This document shows positions 23,791-40,348 of a DNA stretch of 64,000 bases, piece by piece. The notes beneath the pieces were generated by a model. That model had not been told where the DNA came from. It worked only from the letters and a program-made list of their open reading frames with translations, and ran no database searches. Origin of the DNA: the human T2T-CHM13v2.0 reference genome, Homo sapiens; assembly GCF_009914755.1 (NCBI RefSeq), contig NC_060927.1; one strand, given 5' to 3'. Both the position numbers and the translations under genes were made by a program. Positions within the stretch are counted from its first letter, which is position 1. Each line of letters starts with the position of its first letter.

Positions 23791-25707
23791 CCAAATAGAG
23801 TTTTTAAAACATTAATTTCAGACTACTATTTTTTAAGTATTACAACTAAGTCAAACTACCAATTACAAACAAGTTTTTATTTAATCAATAACTTTGTTAC
23901 TCCCTGACCTATATTATCAGTAGGTTGATGTATGTGGAAAGAAAGGGAGAGAAAGTGGACTGGGATAAATCAGAATACTATGGGAAGTTATTGCCTAAGA
24001 CTGAGAATCAGGAAAATATTGTTGGATATATTTCTAGTCTACTCAGTGCTAAAGCTATGGCTGATAGTTGAAAAAACTGAAAACAAAAACCACCAAAACT
24101 ATTGTGATAAAAAAAATTTTCATGTTAGCTAAAATAGCCAGCCATTTAATGGCACTCAACCAGTTTCTAAAATATAGACAAATCTATATTGCATGACCAA
24201 GAAGAAACAGAGGGTGCTATTGTAGTTGCTCTATTTATTCACAACATGTGAAATATTATGTAATACCGTATATAAAACTATCTCTAGTAAGTGGTAGGTA
24301 CTAGGATAACAAAATAAATAAAACCCAGACAGATCCTATATTTATAAACTTATAGTCTAGAGAGAAAAATACAGTTAAATAAGTAATGCTAGTACAGTAT
24401 TGATAGGTGCATTTAAAGAGGCATGTACAATGAGCCCTGTTGGAATTCAGAGAATGAATGAACCACGTGGAGGCTTTAGGGAAGGCCTCTCAGAGGAAGC
24501 AGCATCTGAGCTGGATCTTGGAAAAGTTCAGTTCCATCAGAAAAAGGAAAACTTGCTCAACCATTCAGACAACGGACACAAAAGCATTTTGGAGTGACAT
24601 TCAGTATGCCTTGTTCTATGAATGGTGTAAAGAGTATTATTATTGACTTGTGGATTTTTATATAGTAAGTGCATACCAATCAGTTACGGCGATTGTTTTC
24701 TTTTAGACACTCAAATTGTCCCATCTTTGGCCAATGAGATCCACTTCAAGTTGGTTCCAGGGTCCTTTTGACATAACTCACTTAGATTTTTAGAGCTTAC
24801 ATGCTGTGTTTTGTGGCACAATGAGATGCCTCAAGCTCACCTTGTAAATTCTCCACACTATACCTAGGAGCAACCATTATTTCAAGAATCCCTGGTATCT
24901 GCAGTGGGAAACAGCATTTAGAGACCAACATTTGGGCAGTGGGGTTGGTTATTATCCCTGGAGCATTATGGTCTAGGTTCTGCAGACAAAGGTAGGATAT
25001 ATACATATGTATACACATTATATGTATATTCTATACATATAAATAAAGTTACATAGTTTCCATTATGAAGATGTACCTTAGTTTCATTTAACCAGTTTAT
25101 TGATAAATATTTGTGAGTTTTTAATAATCTTTTATTGCTATAATATATATATTGCTATATATTCTATACATATATATGGTGTGTATATATATAGGCTATG
25201 TACTATATACATATATATACACATATATAGATGAGTGTGTGTATAATCATTATCATCTCACAATATCTAGATATCTATAAATCATGAGATGATAATTATG
25301 ATACTGTAGATAAATCAGACAGACCCTGAGCAGATGAACAAAACTAACATCACCACTATGATACCCTGGGAAGGACACAATGTCACTTATATGCATTCCA
25401 GCTAGAAACGAAGAACCTCAATCTAATCACAAGGAAACATCAGACAAACTCAAAATGAGGAATCATTTATTTAAAAAATTATTCCAAAAATTTCAATGTT
25501 ACATAAGACAAAGGAAGACTGAGAAAATGTTCCAGAACAAATGACACCAAAGAGACATAACAACTAAATGTAATTTCTAATTTTAATTTCTGATCAATGT
25601 TCGGTTTATTGAAGTTGACAGCTACATGGAAGAGGATGTTCTTATTCTTAGAGATGCACACTCAACTGTGATTTATGCAGCTTACTCTCAATTGTTTCAA
25701 AAAAATC

Positions 25708-25735
<28 letters not shown>
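25708..25735. repeat. (GT)14 microsatellite
   Basis: Direct reading. Confidence 0.95.
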
Positions 25736-25740
<5 letters not shown>

Positions 25741-26436
25741 GAGCAAATGAGGAAGCAAATGGGGCAAAATGTTAATAACAGGTAAATCTTACGAAACGGT
25801 AAAATGATTTTCTTTGCACTATAATTGCACATTTTCTATAAGTTTAAAATTACTTTCAAATTAAAGTTCAAAACTCATACATTTGTATAGATATTTCTGA
25901 TTCAATTTCCAATTATTAACTTCTTTGAGTTGATATTTATACTGAACATCTTGTTTCTAACAACATAAACATAATTATCTTATACATAAAATGATTTCAG
26001 ACTAATAACGTCAGCATTACCACTAATAATAAAATTGACAAATGAAGTTTGAGATGTTTTTGCAGTTCTCTTTTGTCCTTACAGTATATCCCACTAAGTT
26101 TGTACAATTGCTGTATTTTCATATTACTTGAAACAATGTTTTTCTATGTGTGGTTATTTACCAATTTGATACATGGTTCATTTGTTTCCATTACTTTCAA
26201 TTTTTAAATTTTCTATTTATTTTTAAATTTTAAATTTGCTTTAAAATTTTAGTTTTTAATATATAAAACATTTTCTTGATCTAACAATTAAAATGTTAAA
26301 GTATGGTTCTAAATTTAAAACTTTAAACAAAAGTATACCCAGGAAAATGTTATTTTCTTTTCCTACTTTTCAAAAGATAACATTTAAAAATTTTAGCTTC
26401 TAATTTATCTGTCGTGTGTGTTTCTTTTTCTAAGTT

Positions 26437-26438
<2 letters not shown>

Positions 26439-26470
<32 letters not shown>
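26439..26470. repeat. (TG)16 microsatellite
   Basis: Direct reading. Confidence 0.95.
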
Positions 26471-26471
<1 letters not shown>

Positions 26472-28768
26472 CCTACTAAAAGGTAGTATACCATACATTC
26501 ATACCAGACTGTCTTCTGTGTTGCCTTTTCAATTTAATATTATATCCTGGGATTCTCTCATAGCAATTTTTTAATGTTTTCTTTCAATAATCCACCTAGA
26601 GAAAGTTACACAGTTTCCATTTATGAAGATGTACCTTAGTTTCATATAACCAATGTTTATTGATGAATATTTGTGTTTTTAATAATCTTTTATTGCTATA
26701 AATGATAATGTATATATCATTTTATATGTGTACAGCTGTATTACAAAATAATATAAAATAATTTAATAAAAGAAGAGATGATACATGGCGGTATACAAAT
26801 CATTGAATGGCACAATACAGCATGGAGACACAGTGTATAGTGCCTGATCGTCAAGTCTGGGCTGTGAAAACATATATAGAGAAATTTGGTATGAAGTAAC
26901 AGATACAACATTACATTATATTCTTATAAGTGGGATTGTTGAATCAAAGGGTCAAAGTACCTGTAATTTTGTTATATATTGCTACATTCCTCTCCATGGG
27001 ATTGTATCACCTTTTATCTTCACTAGCAATGGATGAGAGTGCCTGATTTCTCCCAGCCTCTACCATAGTGTTGTCAACTTTTGAATTTTTGCCAATTTAA
27101 TTGTTAGGTGAGAAATGGTTTCTCATTGTGTTTTTCCTTTGCATTCCTTTATTTTGAGTGAGATGAGCATATTTTCATATGTTTAAGGGCCATTTGCTTT
27201 TCTTTTCACGTGAACTGCTGGACTATGACTTTTGCCCATTTTTCTATTGGGTTGTTTTTCTGCTTTTAAAAATTGATTTCTAGGAGCTCTTTCTGTGTTG
27301 GAGAGATAGTCCTTTGGAAGAACATAAATAGAAAATATTTTTTCCCAGCTGTTCATTTGTCTTTTCAATTTTACTTATGGGTATTTTTCTTTATTTGACA
27401 CACACAAGTTTTAAATTTCTGTGTCATCAAATTAGTCAGTCTTTGTTGTTATTGTTTCTGGATTTTGAGTCATATTTATGCAGGCTTTACTCACTGCTAA
27501 GTTATAAAGGAATCTGTGTTTTGTTCTATTATTTTGTGGCTTTAGTTTTTAACACTTATATTTCTGAATCCATTTGCAATTTATCTTGGAACATGAAATG
27601 ATATATGGATCCAATTTTATCCTTTTCCAAATGGTTACTCAGTTGTTTCAGCATCATTTATTAAAAAGTTTGCCTTTTCCTTAATAATTTAAGGTGACTC
27701 TTGTCTTGTATTAAATTTCTATATGTATTTTCAGAGCCCAGTCTCAACACTCAGGCACTATATACTGCCTATCCATGCTGGATTTGTACCACTCAATGAA
27801 TTGTACACTGCCATGTGCCATGTACTCTTTAATTATTAAAATTTCACTTTTTGATACCATATTTCATGTATTAATCAGGATAAAGATTGGATACATACAT
27901 CAGGAAACCTAAAAAAGAGACTGAAAAAACATAAAATCTTATGGATTCATTTTGCTTCTAAGGGAAATCGGAATATAGACTGCCCAGGACTCGTATCAGG
28001 AACTCATGCTCCTTTTGCCTCTCTGCTCCACCATCCTTTGTGAGTGGCTTCCAATATCAAGGTTGCTTCCTGGCTCAAGATTGGTGCTGGAGCTCCCAGT
28101 CATCTAAATGAGTTCCAGGCAAGAAGAAACAGAGAGGCAGGGATAAAGAGCTTTCTTAAAATTCTGACTCAAAACTCTCACGTTACATTGGCCAACTCCA
28201 TTTTCAAGAGAGGCTGGAAAATACACATTTATAGCAGGGCACGTTATCACTCCCAGGGTTCTAGATTTGAATAAACAATTTACAGTTTCTGCCATGTTTC
28301 CCAATGTGACTGTAAGTAATTTGAAAGCAAAGACATATTTTTCTTTAGATGACCTAGTACAATGTCTTGTAGGTAGTAGAGCACCTAAAACAAACATTTC
28401 CTGTGTTGATTAAATTTATATTTCATTTTAATAAAAATATAGAACATATAAGAAGGCTTATAAGGAAATTTAAACACTATATTGTACTTTTCATAAAATA
28501 TATCATTTATTTTAATGTTCTATTCAAGCTTTGAACACAATGTACTAATATATCTGGCTTCATCACTTATACTCTCTCTACCACATCATGTAGCCTCATT
28601 TAAATAATGTCATGTACATATTTCAAAGCAAGAAGTACACATTGCTCTTTCCAGACCAGCAAGCTGTAAGAATGTATATTTAATATCAAGTATATCAACA
28701 GAGGAGTAGAAATATATATCTAAAATAATCTTCGCATTCAAGTACCTTAAAAATCATCAGCAGCATTA

Positions 28769-29057
28769 TTTTTTAAGAGATAGGATCCTGCTCTCTAGCC
28801 CAGACTGGCATGCAGTGCCACAATCACAGCTCACTGCATTCTCGAACTCCTGGGCTCAAGGGATCCTCCCACCTCAGCTTCTTAAGTAGCTAGGACTGCA
28901 GGTGCACACCACCAGGCTTGGCTAATTTTTTTTATTTTTTGTAAAGATGGAGTCTTGCCATCTTGCCCAGACTGGTCGGAAACTCCTGAGCTCAAGCGAT
29001 CCCCCTGCCTTGGCCTCCCAAAGTGGTGAGATTACAGGTGTGAGCCACCACATCCGG
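28769..29057 (-). mobile_element. AluJ
   Basis: Diverged reverse Alu with J features (tcacagctcactgca, ctcctgggctcaag). Confidence 0.85.
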
Positions 29058-29550
29058 TAAAAATCATTTTCTAATTAGCAAATGAGACCTATTATCATAA
29101 GTAATCACTATGAAAATTAAAATAATTTTACAATTTAGAGATTCATTTTAAAATCTTTGTGATTTTCTGACTATAGAAGTAACATGTTTCTTAAAAACTC
29201 AAACATGTTAGAAAGTCTCCTATACCCATCTCTTTTTGAATTTTCCCCATAGATATTTCAGTGGGACTTTCCATATTTTTACTGATACTCATACCACTAG
29301 TTTTGCATCTGATATTAAGCATTACTACTTTTACCTAGTCCTTTAAAGCCTAGTTAATACCAGAATTTATCTATTAATAGTTATCAAAGTTACATATAGG
29401 TTTATAATTTCAAATACTTATACAGGGCTTATTAAACCATATTGGCACTGATTTATGCATTATGCATTATTATGTATTGGTATACTGTTATGAAAGAAGC
29501 TTATTTATTTCTTTTATACTCTCAACTCATGAATCACCCATATATGGGTA

Positions 29551-29556
29551 CACGCA

Positions 29557-29591
<35 letters not shown>
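29551..29591. repeat. Imperfect (CA)n microsatellite
   Basis: Direct reading. Confidence 0.92.
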
Positions 29592-29594
<3 letters not shown>

Positions 29595-30149
29595 CCCCTC
29601 TTTCATCTTCCAAATGTAATCATACTATAATTTTGGGATTAGATTTATCCTCAATATTCACATTTTATGCTGATGTAGATATTACTAAATCTGAACCACA
29701 TAGTACACTGTGATAATATTCTCCTTTCTTGAAACACCTTTTGTTTTCCTTGGTGTTATAACCACCTTATTGGATGATTTGCCTAGTTTCTGAATAACTA
29801 CTACTAATCTTCCTCTCAACATTTTTTAACTCAACAGGTTATTTTACGCATTTCGACCTGTTTCTTTGGGACAGTGCTTCTGGATACCTACACTCCGCTA
29901 CTCCAATCTGAACTAGTACTCTCTGGGCTTGTTACACAGGTTATTGTCCTGATTGTTCACCATCCTCTTGGGTACCTCCTTTGCCTGGCCAGGTACTGTG
30001 TCTTCCTCTTTTTCGGTTCACTTTCTGTTAAGAAGGTGCACATTCTCCAATAACTTGTTGAAAAAAGGTACATGGAAGATACATTTTTGAGGAACTTTTA
30101 TATTATGAGTATTTTTATTGTACCATAACAATTTATTGGGAGTTTAGTT

Positions 30150-30822
<673 letters not shown>

Positions 30823-31316
30823 TTATGGAATTTTACTTCAGATATCACTTTCCCTAAGAATTTCAAAGGAATTGCTCCCTGGAATTTCCCAAATACAACA
30901 CTATTCTAATTCCTGATCACTTGTATAAAATGCAGTTATTTTTTTCTCTGAAATGTTTTAAGATTCATTAATTTATTCTACACATATTTACTGAGCACCT
31001 GTTTTGTGCCAGGCTCTATTCTTACAACTGAGAATACAGAAGTAAGTGAAAGACACAAAAATTTCTATCCTCTGGGCACTTATATTCCAGCAGGTGAAAT
31101 AAATAATATAAAGATAAATAAGTAAAACACATAATGGGTTAGACGGTGACAAGTGCTAAGGAAGAAAATAAAACAATGAAAAATCAAAACAGAAATAAAA
31201 TTTTAGATAGGGTAGCCAGGGAAATGACTTCTGAATGAAGCCTTGAAGGATGTGGGGATATTAGTGGGTGAAGACAATGGCATTCCAGGCAGAGGAAATA
31301 AAGGTTCTGTGGGAGG

Positions 31317-31963
31317 TATGGTGACTTTGTACTGTCTACTTAGCTAAGCTAATTTCAAGGAGTTTCCAAGTGTGGTTCTTGGCTAGGATTGGCCACAAGA
31401 GTCATTTGTTCAAGTTTGGAAAGGTAAAAATGAAGCGGCAGTCATTTTTTCCTCAGAATATTAATGTAGGCCAGGTGCTATTGTAGCTCATGCGGTTGCT
31501 GCCTTTGTTGATATGGGGCAGCAGCTGGGACCACAGCTCTTCCAGCTTCTGATGGATGTCCTCTTTCAATTTCTTCAACCACTGGGCCGTGTGCATGTTT
31601 AACTCCATGAAAAAAGGCACTAACTTCTCCAACAGAGAATGCTCCACCTGCAGCATTGGAGCTAGAGTTTGGAGGTGGTGAGAGATCACTGTGGGTTCTG
31701 AAGAGACACATGTGAGTTCCAGTTCATCATTCATTCCAGCTCCTTCTCAAGGGTCTCATATTGCACTTGATCTCCCCCACTTTCTATCTGTCTTTTCTTC
31801 CCAAATTCCTGCCATGCTAATTTCAGAATCAGCATCATATGCAGAAGCAACAGAAATTTATAAAGTGTTTAACAAGCTACCTCAGTTGCATAAGGTCAGA
31901 GCTCTAAAATTAATCACTTATTCTATGTCATTCATTGAGGTTCTGTTTCTTGGATCTCATACA
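31317..31963 (+). mobile_element. ERVL solo LTR (MLT2E/F-like) containing an APOA4-like segment
   Basis: Start tatggtgactttgtactgtctacttagctaagct and end ggttctgtttct...ataca resemble MLT2 termini; L2 sequence continues on both sides. Confidence 0.65.
31480..31635 (-). pseudogene. Apolipoprotein A-IV-like coding fragment (52 codons)
   Basis: LLEKLVPFFMELNMHTAQWLKKLKEDIHQKLEELWSQLLPHINKGSNRMSYN aligns without gaps to recalled APOA4 [52 protein letters not shown], 25/52 identities by hand. Confidence 0.8.
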
Positions 31964-34249
31964 GCAAGATAAGGTCTAGCTTGTGGGAGAAGCAGCAAAA
32001 AGGCCAATGTGGCTGTAGTGGGGCAAACAAATGGGAGAGTGACAGGAGGTGAGTTAAAAGAGAAAATGAGACCAAATGGTGAACTTCTTAAAGTTATAGC
32101 TATGATATTTTACTCTGATTAGATGGAAAATCACTGGAAGATTTAAGGCAGAAGAGTGACATGATCTAATACTTGTAATCCGATCACTCTGACTGCTGTT
32201 TAGGAGAAAGATGAAAGGGAAGCAAAGGCAGTGGGAGGGAGGCCATTTAGGACATTATTTTAACAATCCAGGCAAGATGTTATGGAGACAAGAGATGTTG
32301 GTGACTTAGACCAGAGAACTGACATGATAGTGGTGAGAAATAGTTGAGTTCTGGACTTCTAAAAGTTAGAATCTATATGCTATGCTTATGTAACAGGTAT
32401 ATATATCTACTGGCCTGCGCAACTGTAAAGTATGGAGTTGCCATTAACTGATATAGGAGAGACTGGAGGTGAAACAGATTTTGAAAGGAAGATTAAAAGC
32501 TTAATGCTAGATGTATGAAATTAGAGATGCTTATTAGAAATTTTAGTAGAGAACTTAAGAAGACAGTTGGATATACTGGTATGGAGTTCGGGGCTGGAGA
32601 TAAAAAATTGGGGTGTGGTCAGCAATAAATAGTATTTAAAATAAGGATGCCAGTTGAGATAAGCTAGGAAATAAGCATAGCTACAAAAGAGATGTTCAAG
32701 GGCCTAGAGATTTAGAGCCTTCCCCAAACATTTAGAGATCAGAGGCATGAGAACGAACTAGCAAAACATACTCATAAGTGGTCAGTGGAGTAGAACTCCA
32801 GCCAGGAAACTGTGATATTCTAAAAGATAGGAAAGAAAATATATCAAGACAGGAGTGATCAATTGTATCATATACTGCCATGGGTCAAGTAAGATGAGAA
32901 TGGACCATTGTATTTAGCAACATGGCGGTAATTATTAGTTAATGAACCTGGTGGCATGTTGGAGCAAACCTAGTTGGTTCAAGTGAGCATGGGAGAAAAT
33001 AATTTGGAGACATTGAGTATAGACAACTCTTCCAAAGAATTTTATCACAAAGGGAGGAAGACTAATGAGGTGGTAACTAGAGGAGATATGGGGTCAAGAA
33101 AGTTTTTGTTTTAAAGGTGTGAGAAATAACAGTGGTTTGTATGCTGTTGGGGATGATATCCTATAATGGGGAAGCTGATGGTGTGGTAGAATGGAGAATG
33201 GCTGGAGCAGTGTTCCTGTGAGGGGTTGGATCTAGTGCTCAAGAGGTAGGGTGGGCCTTAGGGGGAGTGTGCCTAATGCATGCCCCAAAACAGGAGAGAA
33301 TGAAGAATACGTGGGCACAGATGTAGGAGAATGGGTAGGTGTAGAGGGCCAGGCTGCAGGAATTCTTCTTTGATGGCTTCAGTTTCCTTGGCAATATAGA
33401 AAGCGAGGGGACAGCTGAGAATGGGTGTGGGGAGATGCTGGAGGTTGGAAGAGAGGAACACAATGGGAAGTAGTTGCCTGGGAGAGGGAAGGGTACTATC
33501 ATCTGATTGCTGGGAATCAGTAAGGGCCCACTTGAAGTTAATGATCATGGCTTTAAAATTACACCAGTCAATACGACTGTTTGTTTTCCCATCTTTGTGT
33601 TCCAGCTGCACTCGGTACAGAAATGGAGTGGAGAGACATTTAACTTAACCAGATTGTGCTTTTGCTCAGAACAGATGAGAAAGTACAAGAAGGACAGATA
33701 TTAAGGTTCTATCCAAGGAATTGGTTAGAATAATTGACAACTGAGTTTAAACTGAAGGAGATAAGTGAGGGCATGAGGAGGGTAAAGGACTGAGAAAGAT
33801 GATTAAGCTCAGTGGATGTTTTCTGATTCCTGTGTTTCAAAGTGTCTTGAGATGTGATATGGTGTGGGTCTTTTCCCATTCATTGAGCGTGATGCTCTTT
33901 TGGCTTTTCAATTTATGTCCTTCAGTTCTGGAAATTTTTTTTTCTTTCTGATGCTCATTCTTATTTCATAAATGCAATATCATCTCATAGTGCTTGGAAA
34001 CATTAATTATATTTTGGGGGGATTTTTTTTTTTTTTTTGCTCCCTGCACTGTCTCTGTTTTTTCCGAAGTTCTTCTTCACCAGTACAATGAAAGCCTGTG
34101 TATCCTTCAGCTTCAACTGTTAAAAATATTTTGTCAATTTGTTTCACCTATTCTGTCAACTCTTGAGCATTTATTTTAATACCTCATTTGAATTTCGGTT
34201 TTAATTACAGTATATTGACATACATAAATCTCTAAATTTTGGGGGCTGA

Positions 34250-36600
<2,351 letters not shown>

Positions 36601-36779
36601 AATACACAATATACACATTTTTTTCTATAAATGTATCATGAATAGTTTAAACTTTCAGTGAAATCGTGATTTCCAGAAAGGTTGTAAAACCAGACTTAGA
36701 AAGCAGGTCAAGGGATGGCAGACTGGGCAGCAGGGAATACTGTGGTCAAAATCAGGGCCTTGGAACCTCATTGTGAGGT

Positions 36780-37380
36780 TCATATAGCATAATATCTTCA
36801 AGGTTCATCCAAGTTGTAGCATGTGTTAGAATTTCCTTCTTTTTTGAGGCCAAATAATATTCCATTGTGTCTATATACCACATTGTGCTTATCCATTCAC
36901 CCATCAATGAACACTTGGGCTGCTTCTAATTTTGGCTATTGTGAATAATGTTGTTTTGGGCATGGATGTACAAATATCTATACAAGTCCTTGCTGTCAAT
37001 TCCTTTTGTTATATACCCAGAAGTGGAATTGCTAGATACATATGGCAGTTCTATTTTTTAATATTTTTAGGAACTGCCATATATTTTTCCACAGTGGCTA
37101 TGCCATTTTACATTTCCACCAGTGGTAAACAAGAGTTCCAATTTCTCCATATCCTAGCCAACATTTACTATTTTCTGTTTGTTTGTTTTTTATAAAAACC
37201 ATCCTAATGGAAGTGAAGTAGTATCTCATTGTGGTCTTGATTCGCATTTCTCTAACAATTAGCAATGTTGGGCATCTTTTCATATGTTTATTGGCCATGT
37301 ATATATCTTTTTGGAGACATTTCTATTCAAGTTCTTTGCCTGTTTTAAAATCAGGTTGTTTATTTGTTGTTGAATTGTCC
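36780..37380 (-). mobile_element. L1MB-type 3' fragment
   Basis: tcttcaaggttcatccaagttgtagcatgtg...tatacccagaagtggaattgctag...ctattcaagttctttgcc. Confidence 0.82.
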
Positions 37381-38762
37381 CTTTGACTCTTGAGATTATG
37401 TTTTTTCTTGCCAATTCGTCTTCTAAGGACTCCGAAAGCATCGGGAAATAAATGGAAAGACGAAAATTTAGTAAAAAATAGTATTCTACTATAATGGGTA
37501 TGATTGTTACATCCGGTTCTATATAAGCAAGGCAGTTTCAAAGCCTCAACAGATGGTGCACAGCAATTGAGCTTTGCTGATAGAGTTACAACAAATTCCA
37601 TTGAATTAAAACTCCCACTTAGCAGATGCCTTCAACAGTTGTTGTCCTCTCTGAAGCTAATCTCTGTAGCAAAGATATTGTTCTTTTGGTGTTTGTCATT
37701 TGTAATGTGTTTGGATCTTTGAAATTTGAGATTTTTCCGTGAAATACTATATTGGCATGTTGGTGGTAGTTTATTTCAGCAGAGTTGAGGGGTAGGAGGA
37801 TAAAGAGATAAAACATACTTTCATCTCTGACAAAAAGGCACAATGGAGGTGGGTCATTAATAAACCAGTAAAAAACTCGCAAACAGGACATGCATGTATG
37901 CTTTATTTACAAAAATGTCCAATATATCTCAAGATTATTTTGCTAAAGATTGCAATATATATTAGTTTTAAGGAAAGTTAAATATTATAAATTATTTTTT
38001 ATCTAAGCAAGATCACTAAAATAGGACTCTGTTTACAGCTCTTATAATTACTATTGTTAGATTTTCTAAATATCAATAGTTGCTTATCAAAACTGGTAAA
38101 AAATGCAAGCAAATCTATGACTAAGCAATTAAATTTTATTGCGTGAAAGTAATATTTAATATAAGATTGAGATGATTTATCAAAATATTTCATTCTGTAA
38201 AGTCTTACCAAGTTCTTTAGAGTCCAGAATTTTCCTTTGTACAAATCATGAAACATTCCTTTTTGGAGGGCTATTAAGAGAAGACAACACGGGATTGGAA
38301 ACAGTACAGAGAGATGCAAATAAAATCATCCAGTTTATATTGCCTCTGCACATTTATTACTGGATAATTCATCATCATTTCAAGCTCATTGTATGTCCAA
38401 AGCAAATTCATTATTTTTAACCTGTTGGATGTTCCTAATAACCACCTCTTATCTCCATTTCTAAGTCCAGTCCCTCATTCAACAACCATGAGGGCAGCAA
38501 GTTCTTCTTGGTCTAATTAACCACAAAAATCTGGCAGAACTAGACTTCTTTAAATCTTGCTTTCATCTCTATCCTTCTCAGGCAGTATAAACATTTGTAA
38601 TAGCTCCTTGTTTAATCTCACATCAAGTCTTTTAAACTCTGGCCTTCCAGAGTTCTCATAATTGGGCCTTACCTTGCCTATGTAGCAATATTTGTCCCTC
38701 CCTCCCATTGAACCATCTCTGCTCTATAGGTCCCTTCCTTCACTGTTCTGCCTCTTGCCCCC

Positions 38763-39860
38763 CGTATTAGTCAGGGTGGGTTCTCTGAGGGACAGAACTA
38801 ATAGGATAGATGTGTATATGAAGGGGAGCTTATTAAAGAGTATTGACTCACATGATCACAAGGTAAAGTGCCACAATAGGTCGTCTGCAAGCTGAGCAGC
38901 AAGGAAGCCAGTCCAAATCCCAAAACCTCAAAAGTAGGGAAGCCGACAGTGCAGCCTTCGGTCTGTGGTCAAAGGCCCAAGAGCCCCTGGCAAACCACTG
39001 GTGTAAGTCCAAGAGTCCAAAAGCTGAAGAACTGGGAGTCTGATGTTCGAGGGCAGAAAGCATCCACCACGGGAGAAAGATGAAGGTGGAAGACTCAGCA
39101 AGTTGGCTTCTCCCACCTTTTTCTGCCTGCTTTATTCAAGCCCCCCTGACAGTTGATTAGATGGTGCCCCCCACCCCACCCTACATTGAAGGTGGGTCTG
39201 CCTCTCCCAGTCCACTGACTCAAATGTTAATCTCCTTTGGCAGCACCCTCACAGACACACCCAGGAACAATACTTTGCATCCTTCAATCCAATCAAGTTC
39301 AAACTTAGTATTAACCCATCATTTAGCATTGGGTATATCTCCTAATGCTATCCCTCCCCGCTCCCCCCACCCCACAACAGTCCCCGGTGTGTGATGTTCC
39401 CTTCCTGTGTCCATGTGTTCTCATTGTTCAATTCCCACCTGTGAGTGAGAACATGCAGTGTTTGGTTTTTTGTCCTTGCAATAGTTTGCTGAGAATGATG
39501 GTTTCCAGCTTCATCCATGTCCCTACAAAGGACACGAACTCATCATTTTTTACGGCTGCATAGTATTCCATGGTGTATATATGCCACATTTTCTTAATCC
39601 AGTCCATCACTGTTGGACATTTGGGTTGGTTCCAAGTCTTTGCTATTGTGAATAGTGCCGCAATAAACATACCTAATGCTAAATGACGAGTTAATGGGTG
39701 CAGCACACCAACATGGCACATGTATACATATGTAACAAACCTGCACGTTGTGCACATGTACCCTAAAACTTAAAGTGTAATAATAATAAAAAAATAAATA
39801 AAATAAAATGAGAAAATAATAATAATAATAATAATAAAAGAAACAGTATTAACCGTCACA
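38763..39860 (-). mobile_element. MLT2A (HERVL) solo LTR, interrupted near its end by L1PA
   Basis: gtattagtcagggt...gggacagaactaataggatagatg...aatcaagtt; the terminal cgtcaca is displaced to 39854-39860. Confidence 0.88.
39317..39844 (+). mobile_element. 5'-inverted (twin-primed) L1PA 3' end
   Basis: Antisense L1 3' UTR 39317-~39670 joined to sense 3' end and A-rich tail ~39669-39844; TSD AGTATTAACC. Confidence 0.92.
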
Positions 39861-40271
39861 CCACCTCTTGCCTCTGGCTTCTCCACCCAAGACCTAACCC
39901 CTGGAGTCCTGAAACATTTCCTGCTTTCAATTCCTGTAGTGCTCAGAGTTAGAACTTTTCAGTTTATTTCCCAATTATACACTGTTTCTGTGATTTTATA
40001 CTTGTGAGTCACCTCTTCTATTACATTATAAGCTTCTTGAAGGTAGTTTAAATGTTTCATGGAAAGCCAGTCAGTTCACATAGGGTTCTAGTTACTTTTC
40101 ACCATCTCTACCACCAATGCCTCCAAATCCCCCACTAGAACTGCTACAATACCCAAGGGACTGATCTCTCTCTGTCCACTGTTGTTCCACAATCTATTTG
40201 CCACCTGCAGCCAGTGATCTTTGGGAAATACAAATCTAATCCAGACATTCCCCTGCCTAAAACCTCATTGG

Positions 40272-40348
40272 ATGCAGCTGTGTTCCAATAAAACTTTACT
40301 TACCAAAACTTGTGATGAGTCAGATTTGTTTGCTGACCTCTGATTTAG
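40272..40348. mobile_element. MER58-type hAT fragment
   Basis: gctgtgttccaataaaactttactta...tttgctgacctctg. Confidence 0.7.

Larger units (their letters stand above)
24680..27860. mobile_element. Cluster of old L1M (L1MC/L1ME) 3' fragments in both orientations
   Basis: L1MC-like 3' UTR (cttcaagttggttcc...ttttgacataac; aaggaaacatcagacaaactcaaaatgagg) and L1 ORF2-end sequence at ~26910-27860; subfamily uncertain. Confidence 0.65.
30960..33820 (-). mobile_element. Long L2 LINE remnant interrupted by an MLT2-type LTR
   Basis: L2 3' end (catatttactgagcacctgttttgtgccagg) followed by purine-rich L2 body (gcagaagagtgacatgatct, ggaccattgtatttagcaacatgg). Confidence 0.75.

Noticed and set aside
31453-31734. 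93-aa ORF as a functional apolipoprotein gene
   Set aside because: No signal peptide or exon structure evident; homology limited to 52 codons inside an LTR. Reported only as a captured fragment.
37380-38420. Unique AT-rich stretch with a few retained CpGs and overlapping short ORFs
   Set aside because: No recognisable homology or motif; cannot be supported as exon or enhancer from sequence alone.
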